Source: Ylistrum balloti (taxonomy: Eukaryota). Taken from it: a stretch of 64,000 nt of DNA. The notes beneath the pieces were generated by a model, which saw only the letters and a list, made by a program, of their open reading frames with translations, was not told where the DNA came from and did not search any database. This document shows, piece by piece, positions 13,801 through 26,193 of this stretch (position 1 is the first letter of the stretch; the number at the start of each line of letters is the position of its first letter). Location: the NCBI RefSeq assembly GCF_031769215.1, contig NW_026782081.1, positions 434,001-498,000 on the forward strand. The letters run 5' to 3'. Made by a program: the position numbers and the translations under genes.

Positions 13801-16800
13801 CAAACATGGTCGTTGGTTTCCTGGGCCATACTGATAGCTTCTCGAAGTGCCGCCAGAGATTCATCTCTACAAATAAAAAAAAACACAAGGGTCATATTTA
13901 TACCACATCAGGAAAAATTGTGTGCATAAAATGAAATGTTGTAAAAAGCATATACGAATAATATGCCCTGCTTCTGCTTGTTCTTAGGCTGCATTTGCAT
14001 AACTCGGTTGAAACAGGTGCTCTGGAGTTATTCAACCATACACAAACGCACTTGTACCAAGTTTTACCGGTTGATGGCTCTAATGACCTTTTATGTGTTG
14101 ATGGGCCGTTAAGAATGTCATAATCATAATAATAAGTTGTACCGAAAGTTGGATCTGATATACGTAAATTTAAAAATGCACAGTTAAGGAATTTCCTGTC
14201 AAGCATAAATCAATTAACTAAAATTAAGATTCCACCCCTTTCACTCCTACTTTATAGAACAATGCTCCCAGAAGTATGTGAGTGCACCGACCTTAATTTT
14301 TATGCTGAAATTCTGAAAACTAATAATATTCAGCAAATTCATTTCGGACAGGTAAGGCTGGACCCCTCAAACCGTATGTGTGAAATATTCTGCACTCCAG
14401 CCTCAGTCCCAGCCTGTACCTGGCATTTTCTTGCAAGTTCAAATGTTCGAACCGTTCCAACTGTTTACATGAAACGCCCCAGTACTGTATAAGGTGAAAT
14501 AACCATTGTTATGAAACTATCTTTTTTTATTGCCCATACTGGGTCCTACTTCAGATCAAATTGGGACAGAAGCTATGCATCCTTACAGAAGAAGAAGGGT
14601 TTTGAAGAATTTACCCTATTTCTCTATTTCCCATACTGGACCCTGCCCCTCCTTCCCCCGGGAACCAAGTCCCACTGTTTATAAAAAATTGATTCTCCTT
14701 CACCCCAGAATGCTTCAGACCAAATCTGGACAGAATCCTGACATTTGTACAGAAGAAGAAAGATCTTGAAGAATATGCCCTATTACTCCAATTGGTCAAT
14801 TATGACTGCTCTTCACCAAATGATTTTTCATACCAAACTGGGAAAGAATCCTGACATTCTTACAGAAAAATAAGGAGTTTAGATTTGCTTCATTTCACCT
14901 ACTGGACCCCACCTCTCCTGCTCCAGGGGGCTGAGACCCACCATTCATAAAAAAAATGTTTCCCATTCACTTAAGAAGGCTTCAGATCAAATTTGGTCAA
15001 AATCTGCTCAGTTGTTCATCACTTTTCAGATGTACTTTATTTCCCTTCCAAGATCACTTTTTTGTTACCTGTGTCCAAATCGAAAGTGTAGAGCTGCAAG
15101 ATTGAGGGCTGCATATCTCCTGCTGATGTTGTCCTCTTCACGGTTCTTACTATTTATCTGCATGGCATTGCCCCCAGACAGTGTATTGTTACGATCAAAG
15201 TAGTGGTACAAATTATGTACAGCTGTGCAGTACTCGCGCACTCGTAAATTGTTCAGATAACTCAGGAAGTGCTGTTCAATATCAAATATCAAATTTTATT
15301 AACTTCTGTAAAAAAAAATTCTAACACACATTTTCATAACAGGGTGTACCATTAGTGATCACTGGAAAGCATAAATCCAATATGTTCTAATGCTTTTCAG
15401 AGAATATTGTTGAGAGATTACGGTACAGTAATATCTATAAATGTATAATATAATCTATTACAAATACGTATCAATACAGTGCCAAAAACAGCATATTGAA
15501 AACAAACTGATAATCATAGATTCATAAAATTATAAAGAGAGTGTTAAAACACTATACAAGACATACATGCATTGATCTCTTTACCAATATGAAGAAGGCT
15601 TTTTAAGGGTTTTCTCTATTTCCCCTATTTGGCCCCACCCCTCTGGACCAATCGTTTGTATAAAATGAGTCCCCTTTCTCTACAGATGCATCTCACCACA
15701 TTTGGTTTGTCATACATTACATATGAAAAAGACCTACCGCCTCTGTTGATTTCTTGGTTAGATGTGTAGAAGACCCACTGTCTCTATGATGATTAGATTT
15801 TAACATGTCTGTTATATACTACATGTGTAGAAGACCTACTGCTTCTATGTCTGGAGTATATTTTAACAAGACTGTTATATACTACATGTGTAGAAGACCC
15901 ATCGCCTCTGTGATGTCTGGGTTATATTTTAACATGTCTGTTACCCACCGCCTCTGTGATGTCTGGGTTATATTTTAACATGTCTGTTACCCACCACCTC
16001 TGTGATGTCTGGGTTTTATTTTAAGATGTCTGTTACCCACAGCCTCTGTGATGTCTGGGTTTGATTTTAACAAGTCTGTTATACACTATATATTAAGAAG
16101 ACCTACTGTTTCTGTGATATCTGGATTAGATTTAATATATCTGTTATACATTATATATTAAGAAGACCTACTGTTTCTGTGATATCTGGGTTAGATTTAA
16201 TATATCTGTTATACATTATATATAAAGAAGACCTACTGTTTCTGTGATATCTGGGTTAGATTTAACATGAATGTTATATATTATATATGAAGAAGACTCA
16301 CTGCCTCTGTGATGTCTGGGTTAGATGTGTTAAAGACCTACCGCCTCTGTGATATCTGGTTTACATTTAACAAAAATGTTATACTCTATATGAAAAATAC
16401 CTACCGCCTCTGCAATATCTGGGTTAGATTTTAACATATCTGTTATTTTCTCCTGCAGTTTAGTGGGAGGTAAAGCCTCACTCTCATTGTGTTGTAGTAG
16501 AAACCCCTGAAAAAGGACAGAAGTCTATCAGTAAACAGGTGACAGAAGTCTATCAGTAAACAAGGAACATAATACTATCAGCAAACAAGGGACAGAATCC
16601 TATCAGTAAAAAGGGACAGTAGTCTGTCAGTGAACAGGGCACAGAAGTATATCAGTAAATCATGGACAGAAGTCTATCTGTAAACAATGATAAACTGGGC
16701 CCCTTTGCACTAAAAAGATATCATGTGAGGTAAAGAATTTAAACTCCATTGGTCCTTAGAGTATGAGATAATTGTGATCATTTTAAATCTGAACATTGAT

Positions 16801-19800
16801 TTCAAATTCATAGATGTTTTGGCTGTTTCAAAAATCAAAAGTTGAATTAACTGAAGAAAGTAGTTGCAATAAATTTAGTCAGGTGGGCTAATATTGGTTG
16901 TATTTGCTATCATATTTTACCTGTCTGGATATGAAGTATTCAGCCTGTTTGTGAGAGTAAAATCCACCTTCAAATTCTCCAAACTTTCTAAAAATAAATA
17001 TTGTAATACTGTTATCATATTTTCTTTTTCCCTACAAATCATTTAATGCATTTAAGTACTGCATTTCACATACAACTTGTTGTACATCTGTGTTGATCAT
17101 CAAGGTGGTATGTTCATGAATCTGATTACAGTAAACAAACTTCAACTCCTGGCTTCTTAATTTCGTAAATACGGCTTACAACAAGTTCAAGGCAATTAGA
17201 CTTTGCAAAATATACTATAGCATATCACCTGGCTTTAATATATCACAAAACATTCTTTCCATCAATGACGGTTTTAACGTAGGTCTGCCTTTAATTTTGC
17301 AACTTACCCTTCACCAAGGTTACTGGGGTCATATGACTTGGCCAGTCCACTCCTTGTGAGCTTGCCACACTGACTAGTGATAGAATCAATGAGCGAGCCC
17401 CCAAAGTTATCACTTTCCTCTGCAGCTAGCGGGGCATTAAAGGCTTCGTAGTATTCCTTGTATCGTGTATACAACTTTGTCACCTGGCTGAAGGATAACT
17501 TGTCAAATGCATGTATCATCCGTCGAAGAAATAAACCTACAAACATAAATAAGGTCTAAAATATAACATTTTCATTTTTTTAATTTTAATTATGTGCTTA
17601 CTTTTCTATAATTTTTAAATTGTTTTCAATCACTGTTATCGTACTTACTAACTCACTATTCTATATTTGATAAACATGTACTTTCATGGTACTCTAGCCA
17701 CTCTGTACAATAGCCTATTATGATACTTTGGGCCCTCTGTCTACACACCTTGCACAATAGCCGAGAATGTGATACTCCAAGCCCTCTGTCTACACACCTT
17801 GCACAATAGCCGAGAATATGATACTCCAGGCCCTCTGTCTATACACCTTGCACTGCAGCCTAGTATGATGCTCAAGACCCTCTGTACAATAGACTTTTAT
17901 AACACTCTATGTCCTCTGTCTACACACCTTGCACAATAGCCGAGAATATGATACTCCAGGCCCTCTGTCTATACACCTTTCACTGCAGCCTAGTATGATG
18001 CTCAAGACCCTCTGTACAATAGACTTTTATAACTCTATGTCCTCTGTCTATACGCCTTACACAATAGCCTAGTATATGATAAACTGGTCCTCTGTCTACA
18101 TACCCAGTACAATAGTCTAGTATATGATTATTTAGTCTCTCTGTCTACACTACTTGCACAATAGCCTAGTATATGATACTCCAGGCCATCTGTCTGCATA
18201 CCCAGTACAATAGCCTAGTATATGATACTCCAGGCCATCTGTCTACATACCCAGTACAATAGCCTAGTATATGATACTCCAGGCCAGCTGTCTACATACC
18301 CAGTACAATAGCCTAGTATATGATACTCCAGGCCAGCTGTCTACATACCCAGTACAATAGCCTAGTATATGATACTCCAGGTCCCTTATCTACATACCCA
18401 GTACAATAGCCTAGTATATGATAAAATGGTCCCTCAGTCTAAATACCTTGCATGATAGCCTAGTATGATACTGTAGGCTTTCTGTCTACATACCCAGTAC
18501 ACTACTGCCAACAATCACAGGATCAGGAATTGTCTCATTGGGTTGTAAAATTCTTTGTAGCTCTTGAAAAAAGTCCATAAATGGCAGTACACCTTCCATG
18601 TAGAATTCTCTCAACCTAAAATGAAAGTTAAAAAAACATTGTACTGAACATGTATAGTTAACTTATCAACAAGATGTATACTATTAGTTACTACCACAAC
18701 AGTGTAAGCTCCAGAGAAGGACAATATGCCTTTCACTACATAGATAGCCTGGAGTGTCTTGGTGTTTCTTAAGTATATGTATTGGCCTTTACAACACTGG
18801 CTAACCTACATCTCCCAATCTCATCACTGATGGAAGAGTTCAAGGTGGCAAAGTCAAGACTGGTAATGATTGTGAGGGAGAGATCTGTAATGCTGGCATA
18901 GAAATGAAATGAGTTGAAAATGATCAAAGAGTAACATGCAGTAAATCAAGCAAAAAGCTGACACAACTGGAATGAGGAAGGATGTTCAACACATCATCAG
19001 AGAAGTGGATGAAATGATCAGAAAGGCAAAATTGATGGAGATGAGGCTAAGGGGTAATGTGCAGGGTAAAATCTACAGATAGACTAACATGGTCTGATAT
19101 CTGCCAAGTTGAACCGTGCTAAATTCACTTTGTACTGAGATTAAGTATACAACCTGCTTTCAACACCAACCTTTGCAAATGGAAGATACATCTATGTGGC
19201 AGACAAGGTATCCTCAGACACATTCTGTGTGCTTATAATGTTGCTCTCTGTTAGATATGATATAGGTGAAGAAATGACAAAGTCCTGAGGAACTTTGCTG
19301 ATGCCTTATAAAAGGAAAGGACAACGAGAAGAAAGAAGGCACCTAGTAGTCAACCATTTACCAACTCTGTACATTCAGGAGAGGTAGGGAAGGCAATAGC
19401 AACTCACCAAACTGGAATCCTGGAGCAGAACTGGGATATCAGGGGGGACCAGGACAGAAAAATGGTGTTCCAAGCCCTCATACACGAAACCTTCACCCAG
19501 AGTGATCATGGTGGAGCTGACATTGCTAAAGGAGGAATGATGTGTGGATGCATTCAAAGAGAAGAAGGCGAAGTATGATAGACTGTGAGAAGGGTATGAG
19601 CAGCAGGATCGAAAGTTTGATGTTTTCCAGAAGAGATAAGAGGCAGGGGATTTTCATCAACAATTCCGAATGTTCTAGGCATATGGAGTCAAGGTTAAAG
19701 ACAGGAAAGTTGCTGTGGAGTAACTCTCAAAGGTGGCAAAGAAAATATCCTGCTATCGCTGTTGAAGAAGAGAAGACAGAAGCTGGAGGTCATCCATACA

Positions 19801-20682
19801 CAGGCAGTGATTTGGTCAACTAGGATGTTCTGGGAGGAGTCAAACCAAAAGATAGACCAGCTGCCTGATGATGTCTGGATAGCATTCTAGTGAATGTATT
19901 AGGTAAAGTTTATATTAACTACAAAAATAATTTGCCTGCATTTAACATTAGTGTGCATGAAGTAAAGTCTTATGTCATAGTATAAAGAAAATGATACAAC
20001 AGTTCTCACTTTAAATCTTGATATCAATTATCAACTTAATTAAGATCTAATGTCTGTCACTGACTTGTCTGTAAAGTTATCCAGTAGAGTAGGCTGTAAG
20101 ATGGACTGTACTTGTTCTAGTAGTTCTTTTAAGGATAAATCTGGGCTCTGCACAAAAGAAACAAGACCATATTATACATTTACATCACGGTTTCAAAACA
20201 ATAACCTTCTTGATGTATTATAAAATCCTAATTGTCATCTGAAATGATTAATATATCTATAGATATAACAAAATAATACGACTTTGAATTTATTTCAAGA
20301 AAATATCATACATATATATATAATATGTACATATTTAGATACATTGTAACTTGCTGAAAATAAATAATAGATTATTAATGAATTAATGATATAAACATCA
20401 CTAAATAGCCTATTTAATCATATGTATTATTTATACCTGTAATAATTTCAATATTGTGGTCATGAAATCACGTTTTTCAGTTTCTGTGAATTTCTGGAAC
20501 ATGTATCCATGTAACTGATGACCAATCCCAACCATTTGTTCTGTTGTGTCTCTTTTCTTCATTTCACAGTACTCGTATATTAGTGCCAGCAGGGCCACCT
20601 TGTGAGGGGTAACATGTTCATGTAATGGCTTCTGACCATGGGCACCAAACACAAACAAATCTGTTTTACTAGAAGTTGCCAT
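4875..20682 (-). CDS. ANAPC5: Anaphase-promoting complex subunit 5, 17 coding exons, about 789 aa
   Basis: Exons in transcript order: 20682-20437, 20147-20065, 18615-18494, 17536-17308, 16987-16921, 16506-16405, 15271-15069, 13866-13785, 13637-13545, 12097-12030, 11235-11122, 9771-9648, 9413-9217, 8735-8619, 7257-7110, 5992-5830, 5086-4875. All introns GT-AG, phases compatible, total 2370 nt. Recognisable APC5 motifs: VTPHKVALL, GLFLRRMI..FDKLSFSQV, SHKQAEYFISRQ, RRYAALNLAALHFRFGH, EAISMAQETNDHVCLQHAL, ERNKCAYQFRQL. Confidence 0.95.
5195..5456. mobile_element. Short rolling-circle-type (Helitron/Helentron-like) repeat
   Basis: gataga/gatgga microsatellite, then the hairpin atgctctcccttcagggaacat and an A tract. 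Confidence 0.4.
6336..6935 (-). mobile_element. Helentron/HINE-like non-autonomous repeat in ANAPC5 intron 15
   Basis: Same 29 bp terminus as 161-189 but inverted; satellite-like interior (gaagaag, ggccatcttgga motifs); gacga microsatellite near the other end. Confidence 0.5.
7358..7985. repeat. 35 bp minisatellite, about 18 copies, in ANAPC5 intron 14
   Basis: Unit acaccccagaaagtaacacatggaagtacagcttc; two variants (acagcttc and agagctcc) partly alternate. Confidence 0.95.
9800..10080. repeat. Degenerate minisatellite with GACA/GATG microsatellite cores
   Basis: Repeats of gacagacatataatgataagtggtgcta with variable spacers. Confidence 0.8.
10570..10940. repeat. About 43 bp AT-rich minisatellite, 8-9 copies
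   Basis: Unit gaattaggggatttaaaatacaatatatatattgatacaacata at 10621, 10665, 10709 and onward. Confidence 0.9.
12790..13622 (-). repeat. 85 bp tandem array: last 78 nt of ANAPC5 exon 9 plus GTAAGTT donor, about 9-10 copies
   Basis: The unit recurs at 13081/13166 (85 bp). The reverse complement translates IEEPGSARTASLMAQSIGKSLDLSLP, followed by gtaagtt. Confidence 0.9.
14500..15050. repeat. Degenerate 150-170 bp satellite-like repeats of the HINE type
   Basis: Recurring cttcagaccaaatctgg, cttacagaagaag and cccatactggaccc motifs. Related satellite-like blocks lie near 8035-8445, 15590-15700, 20880-21340, 22380-22815, 47830-48070, 48640-48950 and 51745-52330 (boundaries approximate). Confidence 0.5.
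15730..16445 (-). repeat. 46/65 bp tandem array: last 41 nt of ANAPC5 exon 6 plus donor, about 12 copies
   Basis: Unit TAACAGATATGTTAAAATCTAACCCAGATATTGCAGAGGCG|GTRGGT. Spacing is 65 bp (16097/16162) and 46 bp (15941/15987). Confidence 0.88.
16515..16685. repeat. About 24 bp minisatellite abutting the exon 6 acceptor tract
   Basis: About 7 copies of ggacagaagtctatcagtaaacag. Confidence 0.8.
17700..18501 (-). repeat. About 49 bp tandem array containing the ANAPC5 exon 3 donor TGTACTGG|GTATGTAGACAG
   Basis: Plus-strand unit gtctacatacccagtacaatagcctagtatatgatactccaggccagct at 18241/18290. Copies degenerate toward 17700. Confidence 0.88.
18700..19830 (+). mobile_element. 5'-truncated, heavily decayed non-LTR retrotransposon with restriction-like endonuclease (Hero/NeSL-like), antisense within ANAPC5 intron 2
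   Basis: Broken-frame peptides occur in the expected order: LHLPISSLMEEFKVAKSRLV; WSDI..VEP; VYNLLSTP; CGRQGILRHILCA (CCHC knuckle); YR*RNDKVLR; WDIRGDQDRKMVF; RVIMVELT..EE..A.KEKKAKYDRL; PEEIRGRGF; RKVAVE*LSKVA. Confidence 0.7.
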
Positions 20683-23600
20683 TGTTGTCAGTTTTCCTCT
20701 AATTCACCTGTGAACCACTGATTTCTTCATATCCTGAGATGATGTACCTGCATATCACACAAAACAGATTTACTGCAAATTATTGAGGGGAAAGAAGGAG
20801 TTGGTCAGGACCACCATTTTACCATCAGAGAATCAGGTTTAGCCAAAGCATATAATATATGTACTACTCATGATGCATCCATATTAAGTAAATAGGTTAA
20901 AGCAAGTTTTATGATGTAGATATGGGATTGCCTCCCTTTGCCTCTATGATGAAATTTTTTTACATGTTTAAGTTTGACCTCTGGGTGTAGCTATATCCAT
21001 GGACCCAGGGGTCCAACTTTAACAATTTATGATCTACATCCCTAAGATATGCTAAAAAGGCAATCTGAAAGCTGTGACTTTTCTCAGTCTGAAGGAAATC
21101 TTTTATTGCACAATCCCCATTACAGGCTATGCTGACCTTTGACACCTAGACAGGGTCACATTTATGTTGACCTTTGACCCCTGAGCATCAACAAATCTGT
21201 TGACCCAGGAACCTTATTTGAACAATTTAAAATCTTTACCCATACAGTATGCTGAAAATGAAATATCATAAGACATAGTATTTTTTTTGTAGTTTAACAC
21301 CCATTATAGGCACTGTGCTGACCTGTAATCCCTGGGTGTGGCCACATTAATATTGATGAACCAAAGATATGTGTTCATAAGACACATGTATCACATAGTC
21401 ATGTTACAGTTCTGAATGCTAACTGCATCAGGCTATGTATATACAGGCGAGTGTATTTAATCATATACTAGGTAAGATTTCTGCAGGCAATACCATGTAT
21501 ACATAATAATTTCACATCCATTATTACACTGCATGTATACACAAGCTTGCGACTGTCTTTTCAATATTATGAATTCAGTATATACACACATACAGGTATT
21601 GAACATGTCACACATCTTATCTTATCTTAGGTCAGGAAGACGATCACTAAAACTGTAAATCAAGCCAGTTTACTGTACTAACATCTCAATCTATACTGGT
21701 ACTACTACGTATGACTATCATAATTACATGTACTGAAATTGACCGAAATTGCTATGTGTTTACTTCCACTGTATGATGATCCCTACTGAATTGATAAGGT
21801 AAGACATTCGTGTAAGCTCAAACATTTTAAAGATAGCACTTTTCTCTACTTTTTTTTTAACTGGTACATAATTAATTTCTTTCAAATTGTTGGATTTAAT
21901 TTTCAATAGTTTGTAGTTCTCAATACCTAATATTGTAACCTAGCTTAATGAATGCTGTAGCATGAGGCATTTCTTCACAGTGACAGCACAACACCTTTGA
22001 AATGGGATAAACTATAGGACAACAGTCCATTTCATTCATGTTCAATCACATAAATAAACAAGAGTTTAGTGAGGTAGTACATAGGCTGAATGAGCATTTT
22101 GCACCAAAAAGGGAAAGAAAGTGATGTTCAATGTCTGATCAACATATTAAGGTTGTTTACAAACAGTATCAGTTGTGTAATGGTGGAGGAAACCAGCACC
22201 AATAGCAATAACACTCTGAGATGAGCCGTGAATAAGACTTAACTTACTGTTCCATTAATATTACAAAGGGCGTTACTCAATAAATGACTAACAAATTATT
22301 TTGGTTATCACAATTGTCTGAGCTATGGTGATAATGAACCTCCCTATGAAGTTTTAAGTGTGTCTGTATGACAGTTTTGCAGATATTGATCAGACACTGT
22401 TAAAGTAATTGAAATAAGGGGCCATAACTCAGTGAATTACAGGCCAAAAGTTGTCACTCTGAACCTACCTATAAAATTTGAAGTTGGTCTGTTGAAAAAT
22501 TATTGTGATATCGAGCAGTCACTGTTTTGATAATTGAATAAAGGGCCATAACTCGGTATATTAGACGGAAAAATATGGTCATTGATTTTGTCCAAGTGAC
22601 CACTTTCATGAACCTTCTTATAAAGGTTGAAGTAGATCTTTTCAGAGCTAATGGAGATATTGAACTGACACTTTTCCATTATTTAATAAAAGGCAATAAC
22701 TCCAGAAATTTTCGTCAAAAATTTGTGGTCATCCAACTCATCTGAGCTATCATGGTAATGAACATCCCTACGAAATTGATCCGTTGAAAACTATTAAGGA
22801 TATGAAGTGTGTTCCCACCCAACTGCCAAACCACCCTCCTGCCCAACCACCCTCCTGCTCATCTAATATATTAGTCTTAAGTCTGTATTGCTAATCATGA
22901 CATTTAAAGATTGTAACATCCTTCAAAATAACTTCCAATATTTGAAAGAATGAGCAAATAAATGGTAGGAAAAAAGATGTTAAAATATAACACCCTGCGG
23001 ACAGAGTATTGTACAAATACAAATATTGAAATGAAACATTAATTTCTTTTTCAAAATACCACTACTACTGAGACAGTACAATGCAATTTCATTATAACAA
23101 AGCCTATGATGTTTGAAAGAAACTGGGTGAAAACTGGAGAGACCTTCTTTAGACATGTTCAAAAAGTTAAAAAAAAAAAAAAACATAACGACTTGAGTCA
23201 AAATACCATAGGTGATGACAGTATGTCTTGATGATAAAGCACACAAAGTTTGAAGAGATCAGTCAAATATTGACAGAAGAAAGCTCTGAACAAGATTAAA
23301 ATGCTGAGAAAACCAAAGGGTAATTATTCTCCCAACAAAAGAAACATTATTTGAACTATGGTAACTTTCATGTTCATTCCCAACATCATCTTAATTTTTT
23401 TTTGCATTAATTGCAGGTGAACTAATGAAGATCAGGGGCTCCTGGCCACTGTTAACACATTGACCTATGTGACTTTAAAAACAGAACAAGGTCACAATGA
23501 TAATTCTACATGCAAGTCCAAAATCCTGTACTCATAGAATTTTGATGGTACTTGTAGCATTTCTGGAAAAGTTTTACATTGTAGGACATTGTAGATTGAT

Positions 23601-25919
23601 CACTGAAGTCATTTATTTGAACAAAGACTTTCATCTCTGCATGATGAAGTCATTTGAAGATTTGAACATATTTTACCCCTCTGTCCTTGAAAGTTAATAG
23701 TGTGGTGATTTATAGGTTTGTGATATTTGAATCCAATTCCTTAAAAAAATTAAACCTCTAGATCACTGTAAAGAATTTCCTAAAAATAGTGTGATAGAGT
23801 GACCTTTACCCTACATTTACAACCCTGTGATGTGAATATTTTGAATATACAGTAAAACTCCACTTTGTGGAACATGAGGTAACCACACCAAAAGCTAAAG
23901 GAATAAGGGGATCTTAAAGTAATAAGTTCTAGACCATCAGGTATTGATTTCCCATGAAATTTTTACATTGTGCTACTGATACAAGGGAAAGCAAAGATAA
24001 ATTGTGGGATAAGAATATCAAGTAAATAAATACCACGTACTATACTACTTATGGTTGCGGTCAATGATCATGAAATTGAATCTAGTTCTATCACCATATT
24101 TTTCAATTAACTAAAGCAGAAACCTTATACACTGTAGACAGCTCTCTGCCAAAAAAAGAATTATATGATGTCCAAATTCTCATTCTGTATTTTCTAGACA
24201 TCAGTTTTGATTCATTGTGTGTTTCAGAGCAGCATTTCCAAGAAGCCAAATCACATGAATAATTGATAAAAATAAGAAGTTCAGTATATCAGGTGTATCC
24301 TAAATACAGTCCATTGTCTATATCTTATAGTTAGACATCTGTATCAGCAATATGCAAAAGCAATTAAACATGATTCATTCACACTATTACTCACTGAAAT
24401 AATATGTATCATCTGAACATTGGTTCCAGACCATTATGTACTTTGAAACGTCCATTTTGTTGAGCTGTATCACATGAACTATTGACCTTTGTGACCATAC
24501 ACTCAGATAATTTTGGTTGTTGTAACATCTTACGCTACCAGAAAGAATAAAAATTTGTAATCTAAACCATTTGTCATAAAATATTATATTATATATTTTA
24601 TTAGCAAATTTGTGTATTCTTTTCTTAATACACTTTTTACCTGTCAAACGTCCTTCTAGATATGATAATATAACCTATAAATTCATCCTCTGATAGCTGT
24701 GTTTCGTTATCCTCATTTATGTGAATAAATATTGACCATGAATAATAGGCCACACCTTCTCACAAATTCTTGGCTCCAGAAACCAAACTTACATATCTTA
24801 TATTGAAAAAATGATAATTTATAAATTATCACTTTTGACGATTCTATTCGGATTTATTTTAATAGCGAGTTGTATACTGAGAGATGAAAAATCAATGTTA
24901 TATTTGAGAAAAAAAAGTCAAACAATCAAAACTTGAATCTAACCCATTAGAAAAGGTGTACACATAAACACAGATATCTACCATTTTCACATCATAAATG
25001 TTTTTTTATTTTTATTTTCATCAAAATGTCATTTCTGTTCAAATGATGATTTTATGGAATACATTATTATATACTTGTGGGTCACACCAAGCTAACTCAA
25101 GTGTCCGTGATTTAGTGATGTCATTAGAAATGGAAGTGCATTCACATGTCCGATACACATGTCAAAAATTAATGTATTTGTTTAGTAGGACTTTATCGAC
25201 AGGGTAGCTAGCAAAAAATAGAAACTATTGCGCCAATGACATAGACTTCGTTTGTTTTACGTGTATTAATGCATGTTCATGTTGCTTTTCGGATTCTGTG
25301 AGTATATCTTCTTTTCTTATCTGTCCCTATGTACAAAACTAGAGATATGTAGTCATTTGGGTTGGAAACTGATGCATTAAGGTCGGTTCGAAACTGATGC
25401 CCTAAGAATCAAACTGAACTTAGATTTAATACAATAAATAATGGACGCAGGCTGTAAGTCTCTATGTCCATATCAGATGATATTACAATATTTTACAATT
25501 CGATATACTTCTGGTGTACAATTAACAAGTCCACATATATAAAGTTATTCTTTAGTATTTTCCCAGTGGTTATCTAGTAGTATTTCGAAATTCTCTACAT
25601 CCTCTGCATCTATAACATACTGCGGCAGATTGTTCCATGCATCTACTATGCGAACGCTGAAAAAGTTTTTCCTTATATCCAAGTTAAACTGGTTTTTATA
25701 TATTTATAATGAGTTTCCCCTTGTTTTACTTTCAGTGTCCAGTTGAAAATGAAATATACCGGTTGTAACGCGTACTAATCATAATTAGCTCACTGACGAA
25801 AAAGGTATACAGTAATTCAATCGGATGACAAATAGAAGTAGTTATAGAACCTATATGTGCATATCTTAGATAAACAATTACCTACAGTTAACCATTAAGG
25901 CGTACATGACATATACTAC

Positions 25920-26193
25920 CTGTAACTCCACAAATTTCATCTTTAGCGCCATATTGTTTAAAAACTCGGAAACCCTCTTAGAGGTGCTCCGAAAAATAAT
26001 GAAAGAAAAATGTTTTTTTGTTGGAGCTGTAATCTCTGGTCTAGGTGAAGCATAATAAAGAATTCGTTTCAATTGTACTTCCCTGTCGTTGATAATATAG
26101 CTTTACTTTATGAAGAAGTCCATAAAATAGCATTCTATGCTGAGCTGTAACTTCCGTCTGCGTGTCAAAGGCGCACGCATCCATGGCTGGAAA
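25920..26193. promoter_or_regulatory. Putative bidirectional promoter ANAPC5/GOLGA2
   Basis: Local CpG enrichment, ETS-like ACTTCCG near 26150, GOLGA2 ATG at 26194 and a minus-strand donor (CAG|GTAGTA at 25920) that could end an ANAPC5 leader exon. Confidence 0.45.

Noticed and set aside
24640-25204. Possible TA-flanked MITE (CCTGTC...GACAGGG)
   Set aside because: The inverted match is too short and imperfect to support without a second copy.
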